Source of the DNA: Veillonella parvula
Lineage (GTDB): Bacteria > Bacillota > Negativicutes > Veillonellales > Veillonellaceae
Assembly: GCA_959601155.1 (NCBI GenBank)
Contig: CAUGOU010000003.1
Span: 46,162 to 110,161 of the forward strand
Direction: 5' to 3'
Length of the DNA: 64,000 nt
The notes beneath the pieces are model-generated. The model made no database searches and was not told the origin of the DNA. It saw nothing but the letters and a program-made list of their open reading frames with translations. Every line of letters begins with the position of its first letter. Position 1 is the first letter of the stretch. Made by a program: the position numbers and the translations under genes. Positions 45,130 to 54,907 of this stretch are shown here, piece by piece.

Positions 45130-45229
45130 AGCCTAGAGACTATCAAGGGACTTTAAGTAAAGCCCATAAAAAAAGCACCATCTATTAATGATAGTGCTTT
45201 TGGTGCATAGCTAATTTGATTATTCATAA

Positions 45230-45475
45230 TTAAATCCCCAATTCACTCTTTAGTTGCTCTGATGAAATCCAGCCTTGTTCTTCACCAGATTTACGACCTG
45301 TCTCTAAAGCGCCCATAAGTTTTATTGTAGCCATTAGACGTTCATAATCTTGAATATCCATAATTGCATATCGGCCTCTACCATTTTTAGTTAAGAATAC
45401 GGGACTATCTATAGTAACATCACGTAAAACTTCAGAATAGTTTCGTAAATCTGAAATAGGTTTTATATTCGGCAT
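45230..45475 (-). CDS. Phd/YefM-type type II antitoxin with no adjacent toxin gene
   Basis: 81 aa from ATG at 45475 (RBS GGAGGTG). IKPISDLRNYSEVLRDV...PVFLTKNGRGRYAIMDIQDYERL is a typical Phd/YefM N-terminal fold sequence. Confidence 0.6.
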   Translation of the reverse strand: MPNIKPISDLRNYSEVLRDVTIDSPVFLTKNGRGRYAIMDIQDYERLMATIKLMGALETGRKSGEEQGWISSEQLKSELGI

Positions 45476-45692
45476 ACTATCACCTCCAGAATACTTTAGT
45501 GATATACTACTCATTTTTCTAATATCTTATCACTATTGTAGTTAAATTATCGCGTAAATTCAACATTAAATTTTACAGCATCCTTTAAAATTACTATCAA
45601 CATCTATGATACTTCTTTCTTCCTTTGCTTGTTATATACTTATGATATAATGCGCATAGATACTTATTTACGAATAAAAAAGGAAATATATC

Positions 45693-46214
45693 ATGGCACA
45701 AGCATTAATCGTAATCGATATACAAGAAGGCTTAGTTAAAGAAAACCCTTACAATGCGAAAAATCTTATCGCTAATACAAAAGCAATCATTCAATATTAT
45801 AGAGATCAGAATATAGAAGTTATTTTTATCAGACATTCTGAAGATGAAGGCTTATTAGCAACGGGCAGTGATAATTGGCAAGTCTATCATGAATTAAAAC
45901 CGCAAGAAAACGAAAAGATTTTTAACAAATATTACAATAGCATCTTCAAAGATAGTGAGTTAAAGGAATATTTAAACCGAAAAAATATTACCGATGTAAC
46001 ATTTGTAGGAATGCAAGTGGAATTTTGCATTGATACATCTGTGAAAGTAGGCTTTGAGTATGGTTATAATATCACCATCGTCGAAGATGCTATCTCAACC
46101 TTTGATAATGAGTATCTACCAGCCGATACAATCCTGTCCTTTTACAAAGAAAAGATTTGGCGGAATCGATTTGCACAGCTAAAAACAACAAACGAAATGT
46201 TAAGCATCAATTAA
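45693..46214 (+). CDS. Isochorismatase-family cysteine hydrolase
   Basis: 173 aa. ALIVIDIQEG is at the N-terminus, and VGMQVEFCIDTS contains the catalytic Cys. Confidence 0.75.
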   Translation: MAQALIVIDIQEGLVKENPYNAKNLIANTKAIIQYYRDQNIEVIFIRHSEDEGLLATGSDNWQVYHELKPQENEKIFNKYYNSIFKDSELKEYLNRKNITDVTFVGMQVEFCIDTSVKVGFEYGYNITIVEDAISTFDNEYLPADTILSFYKEKIWRNRFAQLKTTNEMLSIN

Positions 46215-46321
46215 ATTGTGAAAAATTTATAAAGATTTCTATAATTTTTCTCACGTATTTGTCATATATGTATGTTAAAATTTCATTAAATATTTATGCC
46301 CGAACATAGGAGGTCTTTTTT

Positions 46322-46978
46322 ATGTATAAGTATATTACGATTTTAGGAGCTGCGGGCCAAATAGCTCAAAAGTTGACTGCTACACTATTAACATATACAG
46401 ATATGCACATTACATTATATGGTCGTCAGTTGAAAACACGTATACCTCCAGAGATTATCGACCATGAACGCGTTACAGTGATTGAAGGTTCGTTCCAAAA
46501 TCCAGGTAAATTAGAACAAGCTGTAACAAATGCGGAGGTTGTATTTGTAGGTGCTATGGAGTCTGGTAGTGATATGGCGTCCATCGTGAAAGCATTGAGC
46601 CGCAAAAATATACGCCGTGTTATCGGTGTGTCCATGGCTGGACTTTCTGGTGAATTCCCTGTAGCACTTGAAAAATGGACCTTCGATAACTTGCCGATTA
46701 GCTATGTTCAAGGTGAGCGCCAAGCACGCAATGTATTACGCGAATCCAACTTAAATTACACCATCTTGCGCCTCACATGGCTTTACAATGATCCAGAGAA
46801 AACTGATTACGAACTCATCCCTGAAGGAGCTCAATTCAACGATGCCCAGGTTTCACGCGAAGCAGTGGTAAAAGCCATCTTTGATATCTTACACGCTGCG
46901 GATGAAACGCCTTTCCATCGCACAAGCATCGGTGTAGGTGAACCAGGTACACACTATGACAAACCAAGCTTTCACTAA
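46322..46978 (+). CDS. NAD(P)H-binding (atypical SDR / NmrA-like) protein
   Basis: 218 aa. ITILGAAGQIAQ is a Rossmann motif. RBS AGGAGG is upstream. Confidence 0.7.
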   Translation: MYKYITILGAAGQIAQKLTATLLTYTDMHITLYGRQLKTRIPPEIIDHERVTVIEGSFQNPGKLEQAVTNAEVVFVGAMESGSDMASIVKALSRKNIRRVIGVSMAGLSGEFPVALEKWTFDNLPISYVQGERQARNVLRESNLNYTILRLTWLYNDPEKTDYELIPEGAQFNDAQVSREAVVKAIFDILHAADETPFHRTSIGVGEPGTHYDKPSFH

Positions 46979-47014
46979 TATATAGCTATATTAACAATAA
47001 AGGCCTGATAGACT

Positions 47015-47197
47015 ATGAAAATAGATAAAAGCTACAGTAATACAATAAATATTGACGATAATGCAACTAATATTTTACAAGCTAAGGTAGATATATTATC
47101 TGCTCTTGTACAAGGCCAAAATGACATCATTCAAGGTCGTATTCTATCTTTAGAGAAATCTTTTGATAGTATAGATAAAATGTTAGATAAAATATAA
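47015..47197 (+). CDS. Small hypothetical protein (60 aa), possibly an antitoxin-like remnant
   Basis: The ORF is followed by a strong terminator. The C-terminal half (ALVQGQNDIIQGRILSLEKSFDSIDKMLDK) resembles the tails of RelB/Phd-type antitoxins. This is weak evidence. Confidence 0.25.
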   Translation: MKIDKSYSNTINIDDNATNILQAKVDILSALVQGQNDIIQGRILSLEKSFDSIDKMLDKI

Positions 47198-47226
47198 ATA
47201 GTATAATATATTAATTCTTTAATAAT

Positions 47227-47296
47227 AAGGTATATCCAAGATCTAAAGAGTACATTTTTACTCATGTAACATAGATTTTGGATATACCTTTTTTAT
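47227..47296 (+). terminator. Intrinsic terminator with a 19-bp stem
   Basis: Arms AAGGTATATCCAAGATCTA (47227-47245) and TAGATTTTGGATATACCTT (47272-47290), followed by TTTTTATT. Confidence 0.7.
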
Positions 47297-47519
47297 TCCT
47301 ACATTTTATAGATATTTATATAGATAAACTCACGTATTTACGCTATACTAATAAATGATTAATATACACTTATAGGTATGTGAAAGCAAATGCCTCTTAG
47401 ATTATCAATTATATTTATATATACAGTTCGTTGTATAAAATGTGCAAGATTCTATGTATAAAAATAAATGATAGTCATTTTTAGTCCCAGTTAGGGCAGA
47501 GGCTTATTAAGGAGTTATT

Positions 47520-48410
47520 ATGAATCGTATTGTTGTTATTGGCAGTTGCAACATGGATATTGTAGTCCTCGCGGATAAACGCCCTACTGCGGGCGAAACA
47601 ATTATGGGCAACGAATTGCACATCGCTCACGGTGGCAAGGGTGCAAACCAAGCGGTGGCTGCAGCTCGTCTAGGTGCAGAGGTCACAATGGTCGGCTGTA
47701 TCGGTGAGGATGCATACGGCCAAATGATTTTAGATAATTTAAAAGAAAATTTCATCAATACAGATTACATCGTTACGGTACCGAATACTACAACCGGTAC
47801 AGCACACATTACATTAGCTGAAGGCGATAATAGCATCATCGTGATTGCAGGCGCTAATGCTAAGGTAGACCAGTCCGTAGTAGATAACGCTTGGTCTGCT
47901 ATCGAGCACGCCGATCTCGTAATGGTTCAAAACGAGATTCCTATTCCAACTATTGAATACATCGTTCGTCGTTGTCACGAGGCGAATGTGAAAGTCCTCT
48001 TAAATCCTGCTCCTGCAGCCGACCTCGATTCGGAATGGTTAAAATTAGCAACCTATATTACGCCAAACGAACATGAGCTATCTTCGCTCTACCCTAACCA
48101 ATCTACAGAGGAGACCTTACTAGCTAACGAAAACAAAATCATCGTTACCCTTGGTAGCAAGGGCGTAGGTTATGCTGACAACGGTGAAATCCGCATCGTA
48201 CCTGGCTTCAAGGTTGAGCCCATAGATACAACAGGCGCTGGCGATACATTTAACGGTGCCTTTGCAACGGCTATCGTTAATGGTAAAAGCTTAGCCGACG
48301 CTCTACACTACGGCAATGCAGCAGCTGCCCTCTCCATCCAACGCTTGGGAGCTCAAGGAGGCATGCCAACAAAGGACGAGGTCGCCGCATTCCTAGCAGA
48401 ACACATATAG
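47520..48410 (+). CDS. rbsK: Ribokinase
   Basis: GGKGANQAVAAARLG and DTTGAGDTFNGAFA motifs. RBS AAGGAG is upstream. Confidence 0.9.
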   Translation: MNRIVVIGSCNMDIVVLADKRPTAGETIMGNELHIAHGGKGANQAVAAARLGAEVTMVGCIGEDAYGQMILDNLKENFINTDYIVTVPNTTTGTAHITLAEGDNSIIVIAGANAKVDQSVVDNAWSAIEHADLVMVQNEIPIPTIEYIVRRCHEANVKVLLNPAPAADLDSEWLKLATYITPNEHELSSLYPNQSTEETLLANENKIIVTLGSKGVGYADNGEIRIVPGFKVEPIDTTGAGDTFNGAFATAIVNGKSLADALHYGNAAAALSIQRLGAQGGMPTKDEVAAFLAEHI

Positions 48411-48428
48411 ATTGAAAAGGAGTTTACC

Positions 48429-48842
48429 ATGCAACGACACGGCATTTTAAATAGCCATATCGCTAAGGTTCTTGCAGATTTAGGTCACACAGATACCATT
48501 TGTATCTCTGATTGTGGCTTACCGGTACCTGAAGGGGTTCAAAAAATCGACTTAGCCTTGGATTTTGGTGTACCTAGCTTTGAGCAAGTAGTATCCATCA
48601 TCGCTAAACATATGAAATCCGAAGCGATTCATGTGGCAACAGAAATTAAAGAAAATAATCCTAAGGCTTACGCCTTCTTAGAGTCTACCTTCCCATCCGA
48701 GCAATACGAATGGATTGAAACGAGCCATGAAGCTTTCAAGGAAGCTACAAAACAATGCAAGTGCATCATTCGAACTGGTGAAGCATCTCCGTATGCGAAC
48801 ATTATCTTACGTGCCGATTGTATTTTCAGCGATCGTCCGTAG
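48429..48842 (+). CDS. rbsD: D-ribose pyranase
   Basis: GILNSHIAKVLADLGHTDTICISDCGLPVP is the RbsD signature. Confidence 0.9.
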   Translation: MQRHGILNSHIAKVLADLGHTDTICISDCGLPVPEGVQKIDLALDFGVPSFEQVVSIIAKHMKSEAIHVATEIKENNPKAYAFLESTFPSEQYEWIETSHEAFKEATKQCKCIIRTGEASPYANIILRADCIFSDRP

Positions 48843-48887
48843 AATAATAGATTAAGATATACTTTCACCAGTCATATAGGAGTAGTT

Positions 48888-50369
48888 ATGGAAATTGTTA
48901 TGTCAGGCATTGCAAAGGCATTTGGTACGAATCAAGTGTTGCGCGATGTAAGTATTACCCTCAAGGAGGGCGAGGTTCACGCCTTGATGGGCGAAAATGG
49001 GGCCGGCAAGTCCACCCTCATGAATATCCTCACCGGTATTCACAAGGCTGACTCTGGCACCATCACCATCGACGGCGTAGAGCGCACCTTCCCGAACCCG
49101 AGAGAGGCCGAGCTAAACGGTGTGGCCTTCATCCACCAAGAGCTCAACATTTGGCCAAATCTAACATTGTTAGAAAATCTATATTTAATGAGACCAAAGC
49201 GCAACAAATTTGGTATGCTCGACAAAAAGGCGATGCTCACTGAGGCTGAAAACACATGCCGCGAACTAGGGATCGAATTGCCACTCACAACAGAAGCAGG
49301 CCTTTGCTCCGTTGGTCACCAACAAATGACGGAAATTCTTCGTATCTTGATGTTAGATGCAAAGGTTGTCATCATGGACGAACCGACAGCAGCCCTCACA
49401 GAGCGTGAAACGGCGACATTGTTCAACATGATGCGCAAAATGAAAGCACGCGGCGTTGCTATCGTATATATCTCTCATCGTATGGAAGAGGTATTTAGCG
49501 AATGTGACACAATTACGGTTATGCGTGATGGTCACACAATTATCACTAAACCAACATCTGAGATTTCTGTAGACGAAGTGGTACGCCACATGGTAGGCCG
49601 TTCCATCGACGAGTTCTACCCTGCTCGCACTACAACACCGGGCGATGTGGTTATGAACGTGGATAACCTCAAACCAGAAGGTTTTAACAACGATATTTCC
49701 TTCTCCTTGCGCAAAGGGGAAATTCTTGGCGTAGCAGGCCTTATGGGTGCTGGTCGTACAGAAATCATGCGCGCCATCTTCGGTGTAGATAAACACAATG
49801 GCGGTACCGTAACGGTAAACGGTTCCGTTCTCAACTGTAAAAAGCCAGAAGATGCCATCAAGGCTGGCATTGCTTTCATCACAGAAAATAGAAAGAGCGA
49901 AGGCTTGATCCTCGATTTCTCCATTGGTTCTAACATTACATTGCCGAATCTTGGCGAAATTTGCCCCTCTCATGTACTAGATAAGGGCAAACTTACGTCT
50001 TTTGCTGACGAATTGTCTAAAAAACTGGGCGTTAAAACACAATCTATTCACGAACCCGCATCGTCCCTATCCGGTGGTAACCAACAAAAAGTGGTTATCG
50101 CGAAATGGGTTGGTAAAAAACCATCCATTATCATCATGGATGAACCAACACGGGGGATCGATATCGGGGCGAAACGTGATATTTATGATTTAATGAACGA
50201 ATTAACGAATGACGGTGTGTCCATTATCATGGTGTCCTCTGAGTTACCTGAAGTGCTCGGCATGAGCGACCGCGTTATGGTCATTCATGAAGGTCGCGTA
50301 GCAGGTATCTTGGACCGTAGCGATGCAACACCAGAATCGATTATGACATTAGCCACAGGAGGACAATAA
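48888..50369 (+). CDS. rbsA: Ribose ABC transporter ATP-binding protein (duplicated ATPase)
   Basis: 493 aa with two ABC cassettes (GENGAGKST; LSGGNQQKVVIAKW; IIIMDEPTRGID). Confidence 0.9.
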   Translation: MEIVMSGIAKAFGTNQVLRDVSITLKEGEVHALMGENGAGKSTLMNILTGIHKADSGTITIDGVERTFPNPREAELNGVAFIHQELNIWPNLTLLENLYLMRPKRNKFGMLDKKAMLTEAENTCRELGIELPLTTEAGLCSVGHQQMTEILRILMLDAKVVIMDEPTAALTERETATLFNMMRKMKARGVAIVYISHRMEEVFSECDTITVMRDGHTIITKPTSEISVDEVVRHMVGRSIDEFYPARTTTPGDVVMNVDNLKPEGFNNDISFSLRKGEILGVAGLMGAGRTEIMRAIFGVDKHNGGTVTVNGSVLNCKKPEDAIKAGIAFITENRKSEGLILDFSIGSNITLPNLGEICPSHVLDKGKLTSFADELSKKLGVKTQSIHEPASSLSGGNQQKVVIAKWVGKKPSIIIMDEPTRGIDIGAKRDIYDLMNELTNDGVSIIMVSSELPEVLGMSDRVMVIHEGRVAGILDRSDATPESIMTLATGGQ

Positions 50370-51304
50370 TGGACAGCAAAGCTCTACAATATGTAAAAAA
50401 ATTAGGCCCCCTCATCGGCCTCATCCTATTATTTGTAATTATCTCTGTCATGAACGACAGTTTCCTTGAATTCTCTAACTTGCGTAACTTGTTGCGCCAA
50501 GTATCCATCAATGCGATCATCGCCTTTGGTATGACCTTCGTCATCTTAACTGGCGGTATCGACTTATCCGTTGGTTCCATCCTCGCCCTCTCCAGTGCAG
50601 TGATGGCCAACCTCATCGTAACTGGTACTGACCCTGTATTGGCTATCGTGTTGGCTGCCGGTGCAGGCCTTGTATTGGGCGGTATTAACGGTCTCGTTAT
50701 TACTTATGGTCGCGTAGCTCCATTTATTGCTACCTTGGCAACCATGACAATCTACCGTGGTGCAACGCTAGTATTCACAGACGGTAACCCAATCTCCGGC
50801 CTTACTCAAGATCCTCTATTCCACGGCTTTGGCCAAGGGGATATTGCAGGCCTTCCAGTTCCAGCGATCACAATGTTCCTAGCTTTCATCGCCCTTTGGT
50901 TCGTATTGAGCCGCACATCCTTAGGCCGTAAAACATACGCCGTAGGTGGTAGTGAAAAGGTAAGTTACATTGCTGGTATCAAGATTGACCGCGTTAAAAT
51001 CTTCGTGTATGCCTTAACCGGTATGCTCTGTGGTATCGCGGGTGCAATCATCACCTCTCGTCTTAACTCTGCACAACCGACAGCAGGTGCAGGCTATGAA
51101 CTTGACGCTATTGCAGCGGTGGTTCTTGGCGGCACAAGCCTTGCTGGTGGTCGTGGTCATATTGTTGGCACATTAATTGGTGCCCTCATTATCGGTACCC
51201 TCAACAACGGGTTAAATATTCTCGACGTTTCCAGTTTCTATCAACAAGTTGTAAAAGGTATTGTCATTTTATTGGCGGTTCTTGCAGACCGCAAGAAAGC
51301 CTAG
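50369..51304 (+). CDS. rbsC: Ribose ABC transporter permease
   Basis: 311 aa, polytopic. LTGGIDLSVGS is a typical RbsC motif. The start overlaps the rbsA stop. Confidence 0.9.
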   Translation: MDSKALQYVKKLGPLIGLILLFVIISVMNDSFLEFSNLRNLLRQVSINAIIAFGMTFVILTGGIDLSVGSILALSSAVMANLIVTGTDPVLAIVLAAGAGLVLGGINGLVITYGRVAPFIATLATMTIYRGATLVFTDGNPISGLTQDPLFHGFGQGDIAGLPVPAITMFLAFIALWFVLSRTSLGRKTYAVGGSEKVSYIAGIKIDRVKIFVYALTGMLCGIAGAIITSRLNSAQPTAGAGYELDAIAAVVLGGTSLAGGRGHIVGTLIGALIIGTLNNGLNILDVSSFYQQVVKGIVILLAVLADRKKA

Positions 51305-51313
51305 GAGGTTCCT

Positions 51314-52216
51314 ATGAAAAAACTATTGTTACTGTTGGCGATGGCTATCATGGTTATCGGTCTTGTAGCAGGCTGTGGTAAAAGCGCTGATAACGGCGGC
51401 GACAAAAAATCCGGCACAATCGGCTTCTCTGTTTCCACATTGAACAACCCATTCTTCGTAACTATGAAGGAAGGCGTTGAGGCTCAAGCTAAAGCGCTTG
51501 GTCTTAAAGTTAAAATCGTTGATGCTCAAAATGACCCTGCAAAACAAGCAAACGATATTTCCGACTTACTTGAAAGCGGCGTTTCTGTATTGATCATCAA
51601 CCCTGTAGACTCTGCAGCTATCTCTACTTCCGTAGAAGCAGCAAATGCTAAAAACATTCCTGTAATCACTGTTGACCGCTCTGCTGATAAAGGCAAAGTA
51701 GTAGCTCACATCGCTTCCGATAACGTAAAAGGCGGCGAAATGGCCGCTCAACTTATCGCTGAAAAAGTAGGCAAAGCTGCAAAAGTTGCAGAAATCGAAG
51801 GTATCCCTGGTGCTTCCGCCACACGTGAACGCGGCCAAGGTTTCCACAACGTAGCTGACAAAGACTTAACAGTAGTAGCAAAACAAAGTGCTGACTTTGA
51901 CCGTACAAAAGGTTTAAACGTAGCAACAAACATTTTGCAAGCTAACCCTGATGTACAAGCTATCTTCGCTCATAACGACGAAATGGCATTAGGCGCTATC
52001 CAAGCAGCTAAATCCGCAGGCAAAACAATCTTCATCGTAGGCTTTGACGGTACTGCTGATGCAGACAAAGCTGTTAAAGACGGCACATTGGCTGCAACAA
52101 TTGCGCAACAACCGGATCAAATGGGTAAAATCGCTATTGATACAGCTCAAAAAGTTATCAAAGGCGAAGCTGTAGAAGCTAAAATCCCTGTAGATCTTAA
52201 AGTTGTTACAAAATAA
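51314..52216 (+). CDS. rbsB: Ribose-binding lipoprotein
   Basis: Lipobox LVAGCG. TIGFSVSTLNNPFFV and the periplasmic-binding-protein type I pattern are present. Confidence 0.9.
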   Translation: MKKLLLLLAMAIMVIGLVAGCGKSADNGGDKKSGTIGFSVSTLNNPFFVTMKEGVEAQAKALGLKVKIVDAQNDPAKQANDISDLLESGVSVLIINPVDSAAISTSVEAANAKNIPVITVDRSADKGKVVAHIASDNVKGGEMAAQLIAEKVGKAAKVAEIEGIPGASATRERGQGFHNVADKDLTVVAKQSADFDRTKGLNVATNILQANPDVQAIFAHNDEMALGAIQAAKSAGKTIFIVGFDGTADADKAVKDGTLAATIAQQPDQMGKIAIDTAQKVIKGEAVEAKIPVDLKVVTK

Positions 52217-52237
52217 TTGTAAATAGAAACTGGGTAC

Positions 52238-52277
52238 AAAAAAGAGTCGCATCCTTTGATGCGACTCTTTTTATTTT
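52238..52277 (+). terminator. rbs operon terminator (bidirectional; overlaps the convergent gene's stop codon)
   Basis: Arms AAAGAGTCGCATC (52241-52253) and GATGCGACTCTTT (52258-52270), followed by TTTTATTTT. Confidence 0.8.
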
Positions 52278-52678
52278 GGCTCTCGTTCCAAAAATTCTTT
52301 GAAAAACTCAATAAACTTTGGCAAATATGTTTGATCTAAACTTTCAATTGTCATATTACATTTGTAATTATAAGTAGTACAGATAGTAACATCTATCGCC
52401 AATGCACCCTTTTGATCTAACGAGAATGTTAAGGTATCCCCTTCTCCAGTTAATACATGGGTAAAGGTTGCTTTGCCTTTACACTTCTCATACAAATCGA
52501 CTAATTCTTGATAGCCTTTACGAATTCCGGACCAATCGCTAGGATCAATATAGCCAGAACAGATATTATAGCCTCGTTTAATATATACGCCAAACACACC
52601 AAATTCAGATAACTCTACATCCATATCAAAAGCTATTGTTAAATTTGGTTCATTTACGATTTCATACATACTATTCAC
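52271..52678 (-). CDS. Hypothetical small soluble protein (135 aa)
   Basis: An isolated AT-rich ORF convergent with rbsB. I recognised no motif. Confidence 0.4.
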   Translation of the reverse strand: MNSMYEIVNEPNLTIAFDMDVELSEFGVFGVYIKRGYNICSGYIDPSDWSGIRKGYQELVDLYEKCKGKATFTHVLTGEGDTLTFSLDQKGALAIDVTICTTYNYKCNMTIESLDQTYLPKFIEFFKEFLEREPK

Positions 52679-52802
52679 ACTCCACAGACAAAAACAATTT
52701 CATTTATTATAACGTAACTATATGTAAAAATAAAATAGCGACTAGTTGATTATCTTAACTAGTCGCTATTTGTATGGTAGGACTTTAAAATTAGAGTTCT
52801 TA

Positions 52803-53285
52803 TTACAGTGTTTTCTTAAAGAATATGGTCGTATGTACCTTTCCAGGTAGTTGTTTCCGTTTATATTCTTTAAAGCCAAAGCCTTCATACATTTTGGCAA
52901 GCCATGGGTGTTCTGCGGCAGTACCTAGTGTTACGGCTGGTGTTTTATATACATTGCGCAGTAGATTTTCTGCTTCAGTTAAAACTTCACGAGCATAGCC
53001 CTTTCCCTTATGTTCAGGGGCTGTCACAAAGTGTGCAATGTGCGGATATACGTCTGGCGTAGCTTTGGGAATCCAAGGCATGCGGAATGAAATAGAGCAT
53101 ACTAAGGAACCATCTACGTAGAGACCAAATACAGGATATTTTAAGATCCACACCCGAGATTCTTCTGGGCTAAAGTTAATAGCATCGAAGGATATAGGGT
53201 AGTTCTTATTCTCCGCATATCCTGCAATTAACACCTCGTGATATTCAGCCGCATCATCTACGGTTAATTGTCTAAATTCTTTCAT
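52803..53285 (-). CDS. GNAT-family acetyltransferase (paralogue A)
   Basis: 160 aa. HFVTAPEHKGKGYAREVL is the acetyl-CoA loop. By eye it is about two-thirds identical in protein sequence to the ORF at 62160-62645. Confidence 0.7.
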   Translation of the reverse strand: MKEFRQLTVDDAAEYHEVLIAGYAENKNYPISFDAINFSPEESRVWILKYPVFGLYVDGSLVCSISFRMPWIPKATPDVYPHIAHFVTAPEHKGKGYAREVLTEAENLLRNVYKTPAVTLGTAAEHPWLAKMYEGFGFKEYKRKQLPGKVHTTIFFKKTL

Positions 53286-53361
53286 ATGTACCTCGTTTAA
53301 AGCGACCTAATTCTAAAAATATTAGGTCGCCATGAATTTCTATATTACTAGGATAGCACGC

Positions 53362-53426
53362 ATTATTATGCTCTGCATTATTTATAGAGCAGTATTTTTA
53401 TAGAGCAGTACTATTTATAAAGCTGC
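53362..53426. repeat. Tandem 15-17-nt repeat, about 4 copies, spanning the stop codon of the ABC ATPase gene
   Basis: attattatgctctgc attatttatagagcagt atttttatagagcagt actatttataaagctgc. The last unit contains the final 3 codons plus the TAA stop (53415-53417). Confidence 0.75.
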
Positions 53427-54188
53427 ACTATCTAGTGGCTGTTCGCTATCTAGTGTAAGGTAACGGCTCAAGAATTTGCGTGTTCGTTCTTCTGTTGGAT
53501 GTTCAAGGACAACCTTAGGATCCCCTTGTTCTACGATGACGCCGCCTTCCATAAATACGACTTGGTCAGCCACTTCTTTGGCAAAGCCAATTTCGTGAGT
53601 TACGATAATCATCGTAACCTTGAGCTCTTTCGCAATCTTGCGTATAACAGCTAATACTTCACCTACGAGCTCTGGATCGAGGGCTGATGTAGGTTCGTCA
53701 AAGAGGATAACCTCTGGGTCCATCGCAAGGGCACGAGCGATGCCAATACGTTGTTGTTGACCACCGGAAAGTTGTACCGGATAGTAATCATCATAACCTT
53801 CCATGCCTACTTCCTTGAGGAAGCGTTGTGCGATTTCACGGGCTTGAGATTTCTTCATCTTCTTAACCGTTACAAGGCCTTCCATAATATTTTCAATAAC
53901 GGTCTTATTAGAGAACAAGTTATAAGATTGGAACACCATGGATGTGTTACGGCGTGCGTTTAAGATTTCCTTGTTAGACGCTTTATGGAGGTCTACAGAA
54001 ATATCATTTAACTGCATTGTCCCTGCATCGGCCTTTTCAAGGAAGTTAAGCGTTCTAAGGAATGTCGTCTTACCACTACCGGATGGGCCAAGGATAACCG
54101 TTACAGACCCTGTTGGCACATGTAAGTCGATGCCCTTTAAAATTTCACGGTTCCCGAAGGATTTGTGAACTTGTTTAATATCTATCAT
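53415..54188 (-). CDS. Polar amino-acid ABC transporter ATP-binding protein
   Basis: [24 protein letters not shown] and [11 protein letters not shown]. GlnQ/TcyC-like. Confidence 0.85.
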   Translation of the reverse strand: MIDIKQVHKSFGNREILKGIDLHVPTGSVTVILGPSGSGKTTFLRTLNFLEKADAGTMQLNDISVDLHKASNKEILNARRNTSMVFQSYNLFSNKTVIENIMEGLVTVKKMKKSQAREIAQRFLKEVGMEGYDDYYPVQLSGGQQQRIGIARALAMDPEVILFDEPTSALDPELVGEVLAVIRKIAKELKVTMIIVTHEIGFAKEVADQVVFMEGGVIVEQGDPKVVLEHPTEERTRKFLSRYLTLDSEQPLDSAAL

Positions 54189-54901
54189 AATGCATTACCT
54201 CGTTTATACTTGCTTGCATAGATTTCTAAACGATGGAAGATAAATTCAAATACAATCCCCATCACCCAGAATAGACCGGCCACCACGATGTAGGCCTCAA
54301 AATATTGTGAATTTTCCTCTGTATATAACTTTGCAGCGCCAAATAGTTCAATAACTGTGATGACAAATACGATACTCGTACTCTTCATGGTGTTAAGGAA
54401 CTGATTTGTAAATAGTGGCAACGCAAAGACTGTAGCCTGTGGCAATACGATGCGACGGAACGCTTGGAACCAAGTCATACCGATGGCCTGAGCCGCTTCC
54501 ATTTGCCCTTTCGGTACCGATTGTAAGGCAGCCCGGAAGATTTCACTCAAATAGGCTCCTGTGTGCAAGGTTAAACCTACAACGGCTACAAAGGTAGCTG
54601 GCACCTTTTCAAAGGGCACATGCACCCCTGTTTGATCCTCTAGCGCGAGGAATAGAATTGGTAAACCATAGTACACGAGGTATAAGAGAACCATGTTCGG
54701 AATACTACGGCACAATAATACATATAGGTAGCTGAGCTGACTGAGCACAGGCACTTTATTTTGTTGTAGCACGCAACTTAATAACCCTAGGATTGTACCC
54801 AAACCAACGCTGAGGAAGGTAATCATAAGGGTGACTTTCACATAAGGAATGACAGCAAAGAAGGTGCCATAAATATAGGTTGAATCGATTATATGTCCCA
54901 T
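54185..54901 (-). CDS. Amino-acid ABC transporter permease
   Basis: 238 aa, HisM/GlnP-type. [22 protein letters not shown] is the EAA loop. Confidence 0.85.
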   Translation of the reverse strand: MGHIIDSTYIYGTFFAVIPYVKVTLMITFLSVGLGTILGLLSCVLQQNKVPVLSQLSYLYVLLCRSIPNMVLLYLVYYGLPILFLALEDQTGVHVPFEKVPATFVAVVGLTLHTGAYLSEIFRAALQSVPKGQMEAAQAIGMTWFQAFRRIVLPQATVFALPLFTNQFLNTMKSTSIVFVITVIELFGAAKLYTEENSQYFEAYIVVAGLFWVMGIVFEFIFHRLEIYASKYKRGNAL

Positions 54902-54907
54902 ACGCCC

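Noticed and set aside
40491-45475. Pairing the Phd/YefM-type antitoxin with the Fic protein as a Phd-Doc-like module.
   Set aside because: The two genes are 3.5 kb apart and separated by a complete ECF operon and terminators. The Fic protein carries its own inhibitory helix (class II), so it does not need a separate antitoxin.
47294-47519. A cre/CcpA or RbsR-type operator upstream of rbsK (TGAAAGCAAATGCC).
   Set aside because: It matches the cre consensus TGWAANCGNTNWCA at too few positions. No LacI-family regulator gene is adjacent.
49353-49973. 206-aa and 106-aa minus-strand ORFs inside rbsA.
   Set aside because: They are antisense shadow ORFs within a gene that has two clear ABC cassettes. 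They are Cys/His-rich with nonsense composition.
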